64,000 nucleotides of DNA from the human T2T-CHM13v2.0 reference genome, Homo sapiens. Under the pieces are notes generated by a model, which was given only the letters and a program-made list of their open reading frames with translations, did not search any database and had not been told where the DNA came from. The DNA lies in NCBI RefSeq assembly GCF_009914755.1, contig NC_060930.1. One strand, given 5' to 3'. Positions 59,930-64,000 of this stretch are shown here, one piece after another. A program made the translations under genes and the position numbers. Numbering within the stretch: position 1 is the stretch's first letter; each line of letters starts with the position of its first letter.

Positions 59930-60860
59930 TTTGCACTTTATCATAGGCAGGTGGCAATGGGGGAAGAATGAAGATGATGGCAACACAGAAGAGAATCAGA
60001 ATAATTAAATTTGCTTTTTGGAAAGTTCACCTGCTGCTGCAGCTGTATGGAGGATGAACTGGGATGAGTGAAGAAAGCTTGGAAATTGGCAGACCATGGG
60101 GTGACCATGGCAGTTGCCCAGGAGAGAACTTGGAAGCTAGGATAAGGTTGCAGCAATGAGGATGAAGAGGAGAATGGAGCTGAAGGATGGTAAGGAAGCC
60201 AAATTCACAGGGTTGGGTGACCAAGTGCACCTGGGGCTGGCGAAGGAGAAGGGAGTAAGAACAAAAGGCATGTTCTGAAGTTTGCACTGAGTACCTGGAG
60301 GAGTGCTTGAGGCTCTACCAAACATTGATAGGGCAGTGACAATGAGCTTTGGTTAGGCTTATTAACTAAGTTGTATGTGGTTTTGCCAAGTTGAGGTGCC
60401 CAGCAGGTTTTTAACTGTATGTTCTAACCATAAAAAGAGATAGTATTTTATGGGATAGCAATTGCTGCTGTAGATAAGCACTTGTAAAACATTGTTTGCC
60501 ACAAAGTAAGTTCATCTCTTTAATCAATGTTTTAAACTCAGACTGAGACATTTTTCCCCTCTAAGACATACTTCTATCACACAGGTAAGGTAAGCCCATG
60601 GGCACGTAGAGTCCTTATTTGTCATTGTCTAGTTCTCGTGCAGCACAATGGCATAAACTTTGTGGTCGGAATGCCTAGATTGTAATTCCAACTCTGCCAC
60701 TTACTATGGAACCGTGGACATTACTCAACGATGTGCCTCTGTTTCCTCAACTGTGAAATGGAGTTAATGATACTATTTAGATTATTGATCGGTAGCAAGC
60801 TCAGAATTATTCCTAGAATATAGTAAACCCAGTGTAAATGTTTGCCAAATAAATGTGCTT
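59930..60860. mobile_element. L2 (minus strand, about 59930-60420) and MIR (plus strand, about 60630-60860)
   Basis: Reverse L2 body motifs; MIR core ctctgccacttact...gcctctgtttcctcaactgtgaaatgg. Confidence 0.65.
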
Positions 60861-61767
60861 TAGGCAGCTTTACAGGACATGTCCTCTTTGTAAGTAGGAT
60901 ATCATGTATCTTCATCATGTAAAGCATTCAGATCTCTGCATATCAAGAGATAAGAAAATTGCTACTCTGTTTCAAATTAATCTCAAATATTTTCATTAAA
61001 GTGACTGGTCAGAGAATGTCTTTTTTAAAAAGTCAACTTTTATTATGTTTAATTTTTTATTTTTAATTATTATGGAGTGAAGACTGTTTCAATAGCAAAG
61101 ACCCTCTGTAACTGCTAATTCTTTAACATCTATTTTTAACATTTTAGTAGGTAACAATGATAAACAATGACAAAAATAATAGGTAAAAGTGTAATTTCCA
61201 TTTTTATAATTTCCTAAATATATTTTTCTTCTCTCAAATTTAGAATATTCATTTTTCTTCTTAGTTCTTGGGAGAATAAAAGCATTAATAAGAGAGCACC
61301 CAACTGAATTTGGTTTTTGTTCAGTTTTACTGAATACCCATTAAGTTCGATAGGAAATACACCAAGATAATTAAATGAGGAGTTAAAAAAAATCTAGAAA
61401 CTATTTCAGGATACTGCTTGCTTAATTCTAGATTATAATTATGTTTAGTATGTGCCAGGCTCCATATTAAATAGTTTTTGCAAAGGCTGAAATATCACAC
61501 AGGGCAGGTTGTAATGTGGTTGAATCTGCTTAGGACATGCGAATGGGAACACACAGACATAGACACACCAGATGAAGGAGGTGAATCTCTCAAGATGAAC
61601 ACGCATTCCCCATGGGGTTTGGCCAGGGAGAAGGTGTATGTTCCAGGTACACAGATCCTGAACTACACAGAAAGATGGAGATATCATGGGCTCTCCTCTC
61701 AATTATCTGTCAGCTTGGTGGGGTGCTAGGGGCAGGCTCATAAGTTACTAATTACAGGACAATGTAG

Positions 61768-62193
<426 letters not shown>

Positions 62194-64000
62194 TAACATT
62201 CAAGAACTTTCAGTTTTCTCATGCCAAAGCAAAAACAACTCTAACTGAAGAAGCCGGTGCATTTAATCTGTCACATTCATTGTCTCTCTGATGTGGTGTT
62301 GGGGATAAATCCTCGGGGAGGCCATTCCCTTTGTTTTCCCCCATGAATTCTCTGATGTTGGGGAACACATGTGCTTTAGGTGAAGGTGCTTCCCATGTTG
62401 ATTCTATTTAAGGAATTCAATATGGTTTTGAGTGACATCTAGATAGTTCTCTTTTCTGTCCTTTTCAGAATCAGAGAAGGGTAGAAACAAAGCAAGGAGC
62501 AAGCTGTTTCAGGATAGTAATGGGATAGGGACCGAAGTGCCACAGCAAAGATGATGTGGCCCAGGGAGAATTACATTTCTATGAATTGATGAGAATGAAA
62601 GGGCGGAAGAAGAGAGGTAAAAGAGCGTTCAATTTGACTTTGGTTTGCCTTGGATACCTTAGTCCTCTTGGTCTCAGGCACTTTTTTGAATCAGATGCAT
62701 CCAATGCGTCTCTTCCCATGATCCCCCCTGCACCTTTTCTTAGTGAAGACAACACCTCCAATGATCTAATCTGGCAAAAAGTGTCTCCCTGTTGGGCATT
62801 TTTGTCCCTGGGTAATTTTGATCTGAGCATAAAAATACCAGCAGGCCTGCTGTTTCCATAGACAAACCAGATGACCAACACAAAGTAAGGGGCTCAGGAG
62901 CAGGCATAACGTGGAAGAGAATAGAAAGCTTCATTTGGTTATCATAACCACTCTTTCTTTCTACTCTCAAAGCCACTGGCACGTAATCTGTCAACATATG
63001 CAGAAGTTATTTATTTCTCAAATGGACTTATATCCAGATTTGAAAAGAGTTGAGTTTTAGTATAAATAGATCAACAATTCTTGAATGTAGTTCTATTAGA
63101 GAACTCCACCAGAAGATATTATTATTTATTCAGCTTTGAGTTAAATGCAGGAAAGGTAGCAGCAAGCTGTCTACACCAGAAACCAGAAATCTTGAGTTCT
63201 CTGTGTGATCAGGAGCTTCTTGACCTCATCTATAAAATGAAAGAATGAGCTTGCTGTTTCCAAAGCTTACCTTTAGTCCTAGCATTACATAAGTAAAATA
63301 TTTAGATATCAGATAACTTGGGTGGTGGCCAATTTTTATGCTGAAAATCTAGCAGAATTATTATAAATACAAGTTTTCTTAATTTAAGAAAAAGGAATCA
63401 TTGGTATTATTTTGGATCTGCTAATTTAGTAACCTAATTTATGAACCTAACCAATTACTAATGATGACTTTAAGGTTTTTGTAGGATTATGATAATAATG
63501 TGAATGAAACTCTACTAGCTCATGGTCTTAAAGTTTTGTATAAACAGTTTTGGCATATCTTATCTATTTTATGATCTACAATAGACAACTTAATCCTATT
63601 ATGACAAGAAGTAGTTGGCAGCTTGAAATATGCATTTAGGAACCTAAATCAGGAGCTTGGCACTAAAAATCAGGTATGTGAAGAATCAAGTGTAATATGA
63701 GGTTCTAAATATAGAAATTTGTTCACTAATAAGGTCTAAAGCTTGGAAATTAGGCCAGCGTTGTGCTTTACAAGCTAAATAGCTACAGTTAAAGCCAAAA
63801 TTGGGAACTTTGGGCAAACATTTAGATGCTGCTGCTGCTTTGAAGTTTAGAAAAATGATATGAATAACTACAAACGAATGTCACATTGATTTTTATTTGA
63901 GTTAATTATCAACTTTTCAACATGTTTTTCTTTTTATATATACAGTATTTTGAGTGAGTAATAGTCTGAATAGTTACAGAACTTTTTTTTCTTAACTTGT

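Noticed and set aside
62556-62997. Overlapping ORFs of about 100 aa on both strands
   Set aside because: No homology recognised, non-ATG or weak starts, and no consistent coding exon structure

Overview
Human genomic DNA. The AluYa5 insertion with all five diagnostic bases supports this. The window is AT-rich, CpG-poor and has no CpG island. I see no convincing host protein-coding gene, RNA gene or CRISPR-type system, and it reads as intergenic or deep-intronic sequence dominated by transposable-element fossils. The main elements are a near-full-length primate L1PA (about 30.2-37.4 kb, with dead ORF1 and ORF2 but an open antisense ORF0 homologue), a near-full-length Tigger2, an ERV-L pol/dUTPase remnant with its MLT2 LTR, a MER9 (HML-3) solo LTR, and several MaLR/ERVL LTRs. 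There are also about ten Alus, many L2/MIR/L1M fragments and small DNA-transposon MITEs. The L1PA carries an antisense L1 3' end and an AluYa5. I cannot support a previously undescribed biological system here. The most noteworthy observations are structural: a young 255-bp inverted templated duplication across a TE junction, one target site present three times because an L1 and an Alu inserted at it on opposite strands, the intact ORF0, a truncated AluY without a TSD, a diverged 200-bp direct duplication, and several snap-back or templated-insertion scars. Subfamily names come from my recollection of consensus sequences and need RepeatMasker/Dfam confirmation. Boundaries of old repeats are approximate.
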